Assembly (NCBI GenBank): GCA_047284725.1
Contig: JBJBEO010000001.1
Location: 1,528,203-1,592,202, forward strand
Reading direction: 5' to 3'
Source of the DNA: Synechococcus sp.
GTDB taxonomy: Bacteria; Cyanobacteriota; Cyanobacteriia; PCC-6307; Cyanobiaceae
DNA length: 64,000 bases
Position numbers and translations under genes: made by a program. This document shows, piece by piece, positions 28,809 through 41,437 of the stretch; the first letter of the stretch is position 1, and every line of letters starts with the position of its first letter. The notes under the pieces are model-generated. The model did not search any database. It was not told the DNA's origin and was given only the letters and a program-made list of their open reading frames with translations.

Positions 28809-29084
28809 CCAAAAATAGACGCATTAATTTTTAGAACAAAGGCATAAAAAGGTATTGGCAATTCATTTAATTGCAAGTTAGTTTTTACTCATAGCATTTT
28901 ACTAATTATTAATTGATAGCTATTGTCTTCAGCTTCAGCAGCAGCATCTAGCTTTTTACCCTTAAATTCACATCAAACCTTGCATGTCAAGTTCTTTCTT
29001 GAGATAGATTGTTCTAACCAGGGAAGATTTCCAACCAGCCAACGGCGCGAACTATAGAAATTCCCACAGGAACGAAGTGTGCTT

Positions 29085-29191
29085 GCGGCCATAGCCATCA
29101 AGAATGGCCTGGGTGAGTCTGAAACGTTCAAGAAGCCTGAATTGCAGCATGGTGCTGACGCCCTCGACCGTTACAGCTGCAGCTGTTGTTG
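29085..29191 (-). pseudogene. psbA: Heavily eroded psbA (D1:2-type) fragment
   Basis: CATGGTGCTGACGCCC (29148-29163) is identical to 36339-36354; 29176-29191 matches 36408-36423 at 15/16; translates GVSTM..QAILDGYGR versus [14 protein letters not shown]. Confidence 0.7.
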
Positions 29192-29439
29192 CATGAGCCC
29201 TGATGGTTTGTGCTCTCAGCCAACCCTGAAACCATTGTGAACGCCGGTTCATCGAGAGCGATCGGCGCGATGTCGACGCATGCTGACTGCTTGCGCCAGG
29301 GGAACTGCTCACCTCTGAGATTGCCCAAGCCGATCAAGCAAGCTCCACCGGATCGCCACAACCTGTCATGATCCCCCGAAAGGGTGCATGCATCAAGCCA
29401 ATTCGACCAATAAAACCAACAAGCAATGGGTTTCATCCC

Positions 29440-30834
<1,395 letters not shown>

Positions 30835-30955
30835 CGCCATGGTGCTGACGCCCATAGAGGTGAACCAGATGCCAACGACAGGCCAAGCCCCCAGGAAGAA
30901 GTGAAGGCTGCGGCTGTTGTTGAAGGACGCGTATTGGAAGACCTAGCGACCGAAG

Positions 30956-32197
30956 TCACCGTAGGGCAAGGTCATCAGAAGTTTGCTGCTGATCCACCAA
31001 CTGAGCAAATGCCTGTTGACAAGCCCACCGCAAAGGAAACCAAGGCGATGAGTTGGACAACTCATAAAGCAGTTCCAGCTGATCATCAAGCTGCAACTCA
31101 ACGCACGCCCAAGCAGCAGCAATCCTGGATTTTGTGTACTGAGGCGTAGTTTCGGCCAAAGCAGATCGAACCAGATAGCTTTTCTCGTGAATAGCGCGCA
31201 AGCCAATGACACAAGTCAAGTAGTAATGCGTGACGTAATCTGACCACAAACGTTCTTGCATACTGTCAATCAATTCAAGGCATTCACGGCGATCTATCTG
31301 CATCAAGCTTGCCGCAGCTCCATACTGACGAGCCTCATCACGATGGCTCAGATTTCGCTCAATATCCTCTGGATTTAGCGTACACTTCCATTCATCATCG
31401 AGATCCAGGAGCAACGGATCGTCTAACAAAAGGCGCTTAAAAAGCTTTTGATATTTCTCTGTCTTCAGCAAGTCACCATCTTCGTCAACCTGCAAAAAAC
31501 TCTTCGCCCTTAACGACATTGAAACTGGCGCCCTAACCAAGCCAAACAGAAGGCTGTGATCGCCAGAGTCCCCAATGTCGATAACTGCTGAACGCCGTTT
31601 ACCAGCAACGAGATCCGTTAACTGTGATAGCAACGGCTGCATCAGATATTTTTCTCCGTACAACTTAGAAAGGCAAGATCGAGCAGCACCAGAGACCAAG
31701 GCACTTTCATGATCGCAGAGCTCCCTGATTCGAGATTTAGACGCTGCGCTCTTAATCGACAGTCTCCCAAAGGCTTGAATGACAGCTCGAGACTGAGTTA
31801 CATTCTCACCGTCAAGCAGGCGCAAGAGCTGATCATGCTCCACATGGGACGGAGACCATCCAATTCTGATTAATGCTGAGATCGCATTAATTACAGCCTC
31901 AGTATCGGTGCAGCCCAAAACATCAACGAGAGCAGAGACAGCCTTGGCATCTTTCCTACGCCCTAAAGCTTCAATCGCCTTTCGTCGCGTTATTCTATCA
32001 AAAAGCTCGTCAATTTTAAGTTCATATGTTGCACGAATAAGTGCATCAAGTGTCGCACTACTAGAACACAAGCCTAAGCGAGTAGCAGCAAAATAGCGAT
32101 CTGATGGGCGTGGCACATCAGCAGTTGCTGCGAATAACAGCGAGAGTGCTTCGGCTTCAGAAATGCCTTCGACCAAAACATCAAAACGCTCAGCCAT
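30956..32197 (-). CDS. mpeZ: Phycoerythrin-II PEB lyase-isomerase (HEAT-repeat, CpcE/F family)
   Basis: MAERFD, RYFAATRLG, ITRRKAIEALGRRK, AGKRRSAVID, HRDEARQYG, WSDYVTHYY (Val as in isomerases MpeQ/MpeZ); clustered with fciABC. Confidence 0.85.
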   Translation of the reverse strand: MAERFDVLVEGISEAEALSLLFAATADVPRPSDRYFAATRLGLCSSSATLDALIRATYELKIDELFDRITRRKAIEALGRRKDAKAVSALVDVLGCTDTEAVINAISALIRIGWSPSHVEHDQLLRLLDGENVTQSRAVIQAFGRLSIKSAASKSRIRELCDHESALVSGAARSCLSKLYGEKYLMQPLLSQLTDLVAGKRRSAVIDIGDSGDHSLLFGLVRAPVSMSLRAKSFLQVDEDGDLLKTEKYQKLFKRLLLDDPLLLDLDDEWKCTLNPEDIERNLSHRDEARQYGAAASLMQIDRRECLELIDSMQERLWSDYVTHYYLTCVIGLRAIHEKSYLVRSALAETTPQYTKSRIAAAWACVELQLDDQLELLYELSNSSPWFPLRWACQQAFAQLVDQQQTSDDLALR

Positions 32198-32457
32198 TTG
32201 CCAACCCCATCTAAACCTAAAGCTAACAAAAATGCCGCCTGAATATCAGAAAAAAAAGCAACTCATAAAAGCAAATAATCAGGCCTAGGATATGAACATC
32301 TACAAACTACATTTTCCCAAAAAGCGAAAAATCAGCAACAAAAACCGCACAATTGCGCCGACTCACAATTACGCTTATCGCTACACCTCCGAACAAGCCA
32401 AGCTACTCCATGCCAACGTAATGCTGGCAAAACCAGAGCAGCCCCGAACTTAGGCGA

Positions 32458-32625
32458 CTACTTAACTCGCTTATCGATTATCTCAATCAAATGAGCATCA
32501 TGCTTGGCACAAAAATCGACCACGCACTCACGAAGAATATGACCTATAGAAACTGATTCCGTATAACAAAGAAGCTTTAGTTTCTTGTGGAGCTCATCAC
32601 TAAGCTCAAAGGTCACCCTTTTCAT
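32458..32625 (-). CDS. fciC: Ribbon-helix-helix (CopG-like) regulator FciC, 55 aa, not in ORF track
   Basis: Manual translation MKRVTFELSDELHKKLKLLCYTESVSIGHILRECVVDFCAKHDAHLIEIIDKRVK*; lies between fciB and mpeZ. Confidence 0.85.
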   Translation of the reverse strand: MKRVTFELSDELHKKLKLLCYTESVSIGHILRECVVDFCAKHDAHLIEIIDKRVK

Positions 32626-32871
32626 ACCAAGACGAGACGACGATGAGCCAACGGGGGCAACTCTCAGGTTGAACCCATTTTACTTCTTCTGATAAGAAGT
32701 GGATAGGCGCCTCACCCTGCGTTACAAAGCGCAATAGCAGGGTAAGTAAAAATACTTATCTCATGCAGCAATCCCGAACTCCTGAGTCATCGATCCATCA
32801 AAGACTGACCGGGAATGGCCTACTCCCCAACGCAAAACAAAATCATGCTTCCAAGGATCAACATCGATAAA

Positions 32872-33822
32872 CTACGAGGCTTGGATGGTTTGGCTGGGAA
32901 GCTCACCAAAACTTGTGAAATACCTGCGCGCGAAACGACCTGCATGCTTAAAGCCATAGCGTATTGCAACTGAACGGATAGTGGATTCATGGGATTGTGA
33001 ATCATTGCTTTGCATCAACAAAGCTCTCCGAGACTCTTCTAACCTGACCTGCATCATCATCTCCATGATTCCCATACCAAAATATTCCTGACAAACTCTG
33101 TAGAGGGAGGCTTGGCTAGCGCCTAAATGCTTACAAACATCAGTCAAAGACATTGGCGATTTCATAGCATCATAGCCATGAGAAAGATGTACGATTTCAG
33201 ACAGCAAGCCTTGATTTCTTAACTCGCCTTTCCTATATCGCCTTACTGTTCCTTCTTCTAAACAACAAGTTATCAGTTCATAGTACTTCGTGGCATTGAC
33301 AATCCCTTGGTGCATATCTCTTCTTGCCAACTTTCTAAGCTGCAAGGCAGCGGGATGATCCACATCAAGCCCTCGCTTGTTGGTGAGATTATCTAGAGCA
33401 GCTTGGGCATTACAGGCTTTTAATGAATCAATTAAAAGAGCTTTATCAAGCATGCATGCCGTAGATGAACAAAATTCTGAATATTTACCCCAAGAGCTTG
33501 CAGTCGTGGAATTAAGAGTATTAAGACCTCCAATACTATTGGAACGCATCTCATAACCTTCACAATAGCCAAGAGGATCAGCGGAGCTTTTCAACGGCGT
33601 AATCCAATTAAAATCAATTGACCAATCCGTACCCCAGCCTTCATAAAGAAGGGTTTTTGAAGCCTTGATTTCAGCAATTGAGACACCTGATGCGATTGCA
33701 TGGCTCATGGAGTAGGTCCCTTCACCACGATCTAATTGCGTGATTCTTGTCTGCTGACCTAACTCAGCAAGGGTTTCTGACAAATGAAGGGGATCTTTAT
33801 AAGAGAGAGAGAGTTTTATCAT
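32872..33822 (-). CDS. fciB: AraC-family regulator FciB
   Basis: C-terminal AraC HTH (VAIRYGFKHAGRFARRYFTSFGELPSQT); start overlaps the fciA stop. Confidence 0.85.
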   Translation of the reverse strand: MIKLSLSYKDPLHLSETLAELGQQTRITQLDRGEGTYSMSHAIASGVSIAEIKASKTLLYEGWGTDWSIDFNWITPLKSSADPLGYCEGYEMRSNSIGGLNTLNSTTASSWGKYSEFCSSTACMLDKALLIDSLKACNAQAALDNLTNKRGLDVDHPAALQLRKLARRDMHQGIVNATKYYELITCCLEEGTVRRYRKGELRNQGLLSEIVHLSHGYDAMKSPMSLTDVCKHLGASQASLYRVCQEYFGMGIMEMMMQVRLEESRRALLMQSNDSQSHESTIRSVAIRYGFKHAGRFARRYFTSFGELPSQTIQAS

Positions 33823-34850
33823 TATCTATACCGCATAAGATCAGAAACCAAAACCGATACCCCCCCAGACTTATCAATAGTTTCTTCTGGGCTTTCACCA
33901 AATGTTGCAAAGTAAAGCTTGCAAAATGTGTTCCAGTTGTTAAAGCCGTAATACAGGGCATTCTGCTTCATTGTAAATATACGCAATCCCTTTGGAACAT
34001 GTGGATTTAAATATGATTTTTTTACTTGTTCTAGCCTGATACTCTTGATAAGACCAAGAATGCTCATGTCAAAACTAGCTCGACAAGACTCTCTCAGTGA
34101 TTTTGCGTCTGAATTAAGGTATTTAGTAATTTGGGAAACGGTCAAAGGGGGTAATCCCGGACGATCCTCATGAAGCAGCTTGACCAAGTCCTCAATCAAA
34201 TCAGTTTTGTCAGACCTAACCGTACACAGATTTTCAATCTCTGGCGATTCTTCTAATGTTGCGATTGCTAGGTCATAGAAACTTTGACTGCATTTAACAC
34301 CCTGCTTAAAATGCTTTTCAAAAAGTGCTTTTAACTGAGAGCTCGATGCAGCTTCTGAGTCAATGCCAATACACTCCTCAAGTCTGGCATATGCGTTGTA
34401 GGCATTCATCTTATCGATTTGCTCTTTCAACTTATCCCACTTCAGACTCATGCAACACAAGACAGTGTTGGCACCAACAATGTCCCATGTATTGCCGCCA
34501 GTTTTATTCAAGCGATTAAATCCAGCTATACTGAATTCCCGCATTTTGTGGCCACCAATAATTGTGTTACTTTGAGAAACGCCGTTGGGATCGTTGATCC
34601 AGCAAAATGCAACTGAATTCTGATTGGCATCCTCTTCGTAGAGAAGAGTCTGGTTCGACTTAAAGATCTCAAGATGCGCATGATCAATTGGCGCGCAAAT
34701 CGAGCTTGTCAAAAGCTCGCCTTTGGTTAACTGGGTGACATTACAAGAGAAATTAGACTTGGAGTAGTATTCAGCATAGTGACTCTTACAGTACTCCTCC
34801 ATACCCAATAAATCGCTAAAAATATATTCTTTTGCCTTTTTTGATCTCAT
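33822..34850 (-). CDS. fciA: AraC-family regulator FciA
   Basis: Paralog of the downstream gene; IRLEQ...YGF.NW.TF..LY..TFGESP. Confidence 0.85.
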   Translation of the reverse strand: MRSKKAKEYIFSDLLGMEEYCKSHYAEYYSKSNFSCNVTQLTKGELLTSSICAPIDHAHLEIFKSNQTLLYEEDANQNSVAFCWINDPNGVSQSNTIIGGHKMREFSIAGFNRLNKTGGNTWDIVGANTVLCCMSLKWDKLKEQIDKMNAYNAYARLEECIGIDSEAASSSQLKALFEKHFKQGVKCSQSFYDLAIATLEESPEIENLCTVRSDKTDLIEDLVKLLHEDRPGLPPLTVSQITKYLNSDAKSLRESCRASFDMSILGLIKSIRLEQVKKSYLNPHVPKGLRIFTMKQNALYYGFNNWNTFCKLYFATFGESPEETIDKSGGVSVLVSDLMRYR

Positions 34851-35184
34851 GCTGATGTTCGCTGAAAGGGTGGCACCTCAGCCAAAATTATTAGTTAATT
34901 TTAGCCAGTTTAGCTTCAGCAACAAGCTTTATGTATTTCCCTAAAGGGGGCACTCCGATCACGACGCTGTGCTTGCGCCAGGAGCTAAGCATTTCTTGAC
35001 ATAATTTCTTGTTAATTGACTGCCTGCCTGCAGAGCCTCGTGTTAATAGACCAAGCGGAATGGGTGCATTGTGCCAGGTCGCAATTCATAAGTACGGTAT
35101 TGCATTCCTATTAATTGGAATACTGTATTTCTTACCCTCGTTTAAGCATGAAAAGCGGTAGAAGAAGTAGAGGCTTTAATTCAA

Positions 35185-35508
35185 GTGTCAAAATCAGAAT
35201 TGCATGCATTTATCGACAGAGGTCTTGCTGACGAGGTGTTCCGGAATCAGCTAAAGGATCTTGGCCCACAAGAAATTATTGCCTTTGCCTCCAAAAGTGG
35301 ATTTGATTTTTCAGATGAAATCAAAGGGCGGTTCATCAACCGATGGAAAGGTGTTTATTTCTGCCCTCAAGCAATCATAGTAGGAGAATTATGCCCAGGG
35401 CTGATACCAGCAGGTTACAAGAATCTCATTCATTACGCTCAAACCACATGCAGCTCTGCAAACTTAAAAGAAGAAGAGTTTGATTTTAGATCAGGAGATC
35501 GATACTAG
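35185..35508 (+). CDS. unk10: Unk10, Nif11-like domain protein of CA4 islands
   Basis: MSKSELHAFIDRGLADEVFRNQL....IIAFASKSGFDFS Nif11-like N-terminus; divergent from fciA. Confidence 0.75.
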   Translation: MSKSELHAFIDRGLADEVFRNQLKDLGPQEIIAFASKSGFDFSDEIKGRFINRWKGVYFCPQAIIVGELCPGLIPAGYKNLIHYAQTTCSSANLKEEEFDFRSGDRY

Positions 35509-35879
35509 CCTCTTGAATACTCATGGCCTTGCAGAATATCCAGAGAAATCGTCTTTAATGTAGAGACATGAGTGGATTCAAGAACTACTGGAGGCGCCAT
35601 GCAATCAGTCCTGGCCTCCTCCCAGCGAGAGACACACAAACACCAGTGATCGCCGGGTTTTAAGCCGTCAAACTGGAATATCGGATTTGGATCAATAAGA
35701 TTATTCCCTTGGGCAAAGGTGTAATTCAGGAAGCCTTCGGTCATGACGCTGCAAATTGCATGTTGGCCAAGGTCTGAGTCATCTGTTCTGCAAAATCCAT
35801 CTTGGTACCAGCCTGTCATGGACTGGCAACCACATGGACGCAATGGCTCTCCTAGTACATTGATTAGCTCCATATTCAA
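35505..35879 (-). CDS. DUF2237-family protein
   Basis: NVLGEPL.PC...MTGWY.DGFC.TD..D.G.H.IC, GLKPGDHWCLC..RW. Confidence 0.85.
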   Translation of the reverse strand: MNMELINVLGEPLRPCGCQSMTGWYQDGFCRTDDSDLGQHAICSVMTEGFLNYTFAQGNNLIDPNPIFQFDGLKPGDHWCLCVSRWEEARTDCMAPPVVLESTHVSTLKTISLDILQGHEYSRG

Positions 35880-36055
35880 TCAGTCGCGTTCGATTTGATT
35901 CTCGGGTAGGCCTGCACAACATTAGAGATAAGTCAGCTCAAACAATTTCATCAATCTGTAAAACCACTCACAGCGCAGCACAGTGATGCATATGCGCATC
36001 ACTGCATATGCAGCAGGCAAGCGCCAATCAACTAATTCCTAGGTGTTTAAACAAC

Positions 36056-36083
36056 AAAAAGCCCCCTCATTCGAGGGGGCTTT
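36056..36083 (-). terminator. psbA terminator
   Basis: AAAAAGCCCCCTC-ATTC-GAGGGGGCTTT. Confidence 0.85.
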
Positions 36084-36137
36084 CCGATTCAACCAAAGCT
36101 GAATCTTTTGGAAACTTCAGCCTCAAGGCTGTTCCAA

Positions 36138-37217
36138 TCAACCGATGGCAGGAGCTTGCAGAGCCACAGGCGTGGACTCGGCAGCAGCCAGGTCGAGGGG
36201 GAAGTTGTGAGCGTTGCGCTCGTGCATCACTTCCATGCCGAGGTTGGCGCGGTTCAGCACATCAGCCCAGGTGTTCAGGACGCGGCCCTGACCATCAAGG
36301 ATGGACTGGTTGAAGTTGAAACCGTTCAGGTTGAAGGCCATGGTGCTGACGCCCAGGGCAGTGAACCAGATGCCAACGACAGGCCAGGCAGCCAGGAAGA
36401 AGTGAAGGCTGCGGCTGTTGTTGAAGGAAGCGTATTGGAAGATCAGGCGACCGAAGTAACCGTGGGCAGCCACGATGTTATAGGTCTCTTCCTCTTGGCC
36501 GAACTTGTAGCCGTAGTTCTGGGACTCGCTCTCGGTGGTTTCACGCACCAGGGAGGAGGTCACCAGGGAGCCGTGCATGGCGGAGAACAGGCTGCCGCCG
36601 AAAACACCAGCCACACCCAGCATGTGGAAGGGGTGCATCAGGATGTTGTGCTCGGCCTGGAACACCAGCATGAAGTTGAAGGTGCCGGAGATGCCCAGGG
36701 GCATGCCGTCAGAGAAGGAACCCTGACCGAAGGGGTAGACCAGGAACACTGCAGAAGCAGCAGCCACAGGTGCGCTGTAGGCAACGCAGATCCAGGGGCG
36801 CATGCCGAGGCGGTAGGAGAGTTCCCACTCGCGACCCATGTAGCAGAAGATGCCGATCAGGAAGTGGAAGACAACCAGCTGGTAGGGACCGCCGTTGTAC
36901 AGCCACTCATCGAGAGAAGCCGCTTCCCAGATGGGATAGAAGTGCAGGCCGATGGCGTTGGAGGAAGGAACAACAGCACCGGAGATGATGTTGTTGCCAT
37001 AAATCAGAGAGCCAGCAACGGGCTCACGGATGCCGTCGATGTCGACGGGGGGTGCTGCGATGAACGCAACGATGAAGCAGGTGGTGGCGGCCAGCAGGGT
37101 GGGGATCATCAGCACACCGAACCAGCCCACATAGAGGCGGTTGTTGGTGGAGGTGACCCACTCGCAGAACTGCTGCCAGCCAGTGGCGCCGGAGCGCTGC
37201 TGAATGGTGGTGGTCAT
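36138..37217 (-). CDS. psbA: Photosystem II D1 protein, D1:2 type (359 aa)
   Basis: [10 protein letters not shown].., GREWELS (Glu130), [13 protein letters not shown]. Confidence 0.98.
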   Translation of the reverse strand: MTTTIQQRSGATGWQQFCEWVTSTNNRLYVGWFGVLMIPTLLAATTCFIVAFIAAPPVDIDGIREPVAGSLIYGNNIISGAVVPSSNAIGLHFYPIWEAASLDEWLYNGGPYQLVVFHFLIGIFCYMGREWELSYRLGMRPWICVAYSAPVAAASAVFLVYPFGQGSFSDGMPLGISGTFNFMLVFQAEHNILMHPFHMLGVAGVFGGSLFSAMHGSLVTSSLVRETTESESQNYGYKFGQEEETYNIVAAHGYFGRLIFQYASFNNSRSLHFFLAAWPVVGIWFTALGVSTMAFNLNGFNFNQSILDGQGRVLNTWADVLNRANLGMEVMHERNAHNFPLDLAAAESTPVALQAPAIG

Positions 37218-37477
37218 GAGAACGGAAAACGCCGCTGGGCTTGCGCCCGATGGCAAATAAGGAAGGTCGGATTACCCGACAGCGCCAATGTAAAGGAAGT
37301 TTGCGCAATGTCTACAACTTCCCCGCCTGCTGGCGGTCAGCACTGCTGATTCCACCGATCAGTCAGGCTGATCAGTGCTTCAGAAGTGGAGGGGAATGGT
37401 GCGAGCAGAGCAAATGTCTTTATCCCCAAAAGGGAGGCGCCAAACCGGAGCAAACAGGCCTATAAACCGCGATATAA

Positions 37478-38884
<1,407 letters not shown>

Positions 38885-39920
38885 GGCCATGGTGCTGACG
38901 CCCAGGGCAGTGAACCAGATGCCAACGACAGGCCAGGCAGCCAGGAAGAAGTGAAGGCTGCGGCTGTTGTTGAAGGAAGCGTATTGGAAGATCAGGCGAC
39001 CGAAGTAACCGTGGGCAGCCACGATGTTATAGGTCTCTTCCTCTTGGCCGAACTTGTAGCCGTAGTTCTGGGACTCGCTCTCGGTGGTTTCACGCACCAG
39101 GGAGGAGGTCACCAGGGAGCCGTGCATGGCGGAGAACAGGCTGCCGCCGAAAACACCAGCCACACCCAGCATGTGGAAGGGGTGCATCAGGATGTTGTGC
39201 TCGGCCTGGAACACCAGCATGAAGTTGAAGGTGCCGGAGATGCCCAGGGGCATGCCGTCAGAGAAGGAACCCTGACCGAAGGGGTAGACCAGGAAAACCG
39301 CGAAAGCTGCTGACAGAGGTGCGCTGTAGGCAACGCAGATCCAGGGGCGCATGCCGAGGCGGTAGGAGAGTTCCCACTCGCGACCCATGTAGCAGAAGAT
39401 GCCGATCAGGAAGTGGAAGACAACCAGCTGGTAGGGACCGCCGTTGTACAGCCACTCATCGAGAGAAGCCGCTTCCCAGATGGGATAGAAGTGCAGGCCG
39501 ATGGCGTTGGAGGAAGGAACAACAGCACCGGAGATGATGTTGTTGCCATAAATCAGAGAGCCAGCAACGGGCTCACGGATGCCGTCGATGTCGACGGGGG
39601 GTGCTGCGATGAACGCAACGATGAAGCAGGTGGTGGCGGCCAGCAGGGTGGGGATCATCAGCACACCGAACCAGCCCACATAAATGCGGTTGTTGGTGTT
39701 GGTGACCCACTGACAGAAGTTTTCCCAGGTACTAGCGCGACCGCTGCGAATGGCAGTAGCCATGACAAAACAAGGAGTACGGAATCCGCCCTGCATGCCC
39801 CGAAAGACACCAAGACAGGTCTCAATGGTATGGAACGCAACGCATACAACCTGCGACAAGAATATTTCGACCCACTTCTCAAAAATGCTTCATGAAGTAG
39901 TTCATGAAGCTGAGATGAAT

Positions 39921-41285
39921 TTACGTAAAGCGATGAAGCTGCGCGTTGTCTCCTGATTGCAGCCACTGCCTCGACTGTTGCAAAAACACCGGCCAATCAA
40001 GCTGCTCCTGTTCAGCCGCTTTTGCCACCAAAAGAGGGGCCTGTTGCTTCAACAGATCGAGATCAGGCTGAGCCACTCCAGCATTCAGGGCCATCCAGTC
40101 AGCCATGGATGCAGCCACAACTCTGGTGAGGTAAGCAGCACTCAAAGCCTGCATCACCCCAGCCACTAACCAACTGCTGCCGTCGAACTTGGCCACCCCC
40201 AGCAACGCCTGACCACTCCACTCCACCACTCCCTGGGCAAGGGCAGCCCCTGCAAGATGCTTGGCCGCCACCTGCAGCACCTCGGGGGTCCAGCGGCAGT
40301 CCCAGATCCCTCCCATTTCCTGCAACAGCAACCCGTTACCCACCGCCAAGGCCAGAAGATCTGTACTGGGGAGCGGAGACACGACCACAGCACCAGCCAC
40401 CAGCCACTGGCTCCGCTGGAGCAACAGTCGAAACTGCCGTCGCCTCAAAACCTCAAGCTCCGACTGCCAGTGGCGATGCAACCCCTCCAACAACCTTTGG
40501 CACGTCAGGTCTTGACCGACGCGAGGTTGAAGCAGCACCTGCCGCACCGGGTGTAAGGCCTGCCTGAACTGCTCTGCATCACCATCCCAGACGATCAAGC
40601 GCGTATGCCAACGCTCCGGAAGCTGAGCCAGCAGAGCCTGACGCGTCAGATCCCAATCACCATCATTTTGAGTGCGGTTGATCACCAGCCACACCGGTTG
40701 ACGGTCGGGCACCTGCTGCAGCCGCAACAGATCGGCTGCACGCAAAGGCAAGGGAAGGGAGAACAGCAGGAGATCCTGCTCCTGCAAAGCCGAGGGCCAG
40801 GCCCAGTTTTCGCTGATGCTGGGCAATGGATGCCCCACGCAAAGGTTGAGGGGATGACGGCCTCGCAAGGCCTCCTGCCATAGACGGTTGTCGGGCAGGA
40901 CAACTCCTTCGGAACCGACCACCCCAACGCTGAGAGGGCCCGTGCGCTGCACCAACCCATCCAGAACCTGTTGACGCTGATCGCGACGCAGACCTGACAC
41001 AGGTCCCACCTGCTCTTCCAGCGCATCGAACTGATCAAGCACCTGATCGCAACGCGTGAGCCAGGCCTGAACAGAAGAAGGAGTCTTGAAACTGGCTGCC
41101 TTGGCCGGTTGGCTCAGCCACCAGAGCCCCCCACCAACGGCCAGCAATCCCAGGCCACCACCCGGTACGTGAAGGACATCAGCCAAGACCCACTGCGTGA
41201 CCAGCAAGCCACCACCGGCCACTGCCACCGAGCGCAACAGCTTCGGCTGGTCGAACAGAGAGCCGAGGGACGGCGCCGGACGCAT
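39921..41285 (-). CDS. YcjF/DUF697-family protein
   Basis: N-terminal TMs, degenerate GTPase-like region, SPLPSTDLL and ALSAAYLTRV. Confidence 0.75.
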   Translation of the reverse strand: MRPAPSLGSLFDQPKLLRSVAVAGGGLLVTQWVLADVLHVPGGGLGLLAVGGGLWWLSQPAKAASFKTPSSVQAWLTRCDQVLDQFDALEEQVGPVSGLRRDQRQQVLDGLVQRTGPLSVGVVGSEGVVLPDNRLWQEALRGRHPLNLCVGHPLPSISENWAWPSALQEQDLLLFSLPLPLRAADLLRLQQVPDRQPVWLVINRTQNDGDWDLTRQALLAQLPERWHTRLIVWDGDAEQFRQALHPVRQVLLQPRVGQDLTCQRLLEGLHRHWQSELEVLRRRQFRLLLQRSQWLVAGAVVVSPLPSTDLLALAVGNGLLLQEMGGIWDCRWTPEVLQVAAKHLAGAALAQGVVEWSGQALLGVAKFDGSSWLVAGVMQALSAAYLTRVVAASMADWMALNAGVAQPDLDLLKQQAPLLVAKAAEQEQLDWPVFLQQSRQWLQSGDNAQLHRFT

Positions 41286-41437
41286 GCGCAACCCGAGAAC
41301 AAGTTCCGGTCTTCCTAGCTCACCCACGGCAGCTCGACCAGAAGGGCGGACAAAAGCAAGGCAACCCGCAATCCGACCCTCTTGTCCAGACAGCCCAGCC
41401 GTGGCTCCATAGCTTGAGCATGCAACGGCAGTGCCGC

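Larger units (their letters stand above)
30956..35879. mobile_element. CA4-A (type IV chromatic acclimation) genomic island
   Basis: AT-rich block with mpeZ-fciC-fciB-fciA / unk10 order, next to psbA; no integrase or transposase visible. Confidence 0.85.

Noticed and set aside
29052..29312. 86 aa minus-strand ORF as a novel gene
   Set aside because: Better explained as eroded psbA plus intergenic relic (contains GVSTM and ILDG.GR).
30956..35508. AraC pair plus HEAT-repeat gene as a previously undescribed system
   Set aside because: Matches the known CA4-A chromatic acclimation island.
36108..37349. 413 aa plus-strand ORF (also 38585-39313 and 30535-31149)
   Set aside because: Antisense shadows of psbA caused by strong codon bias.
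39888..39930. TTCATGAAG repeated twice plus TTTACGTAAA palindrome upstream of psbA
   Set aside because: Probably part of the psbA promoter, but too short to assign to a factor.
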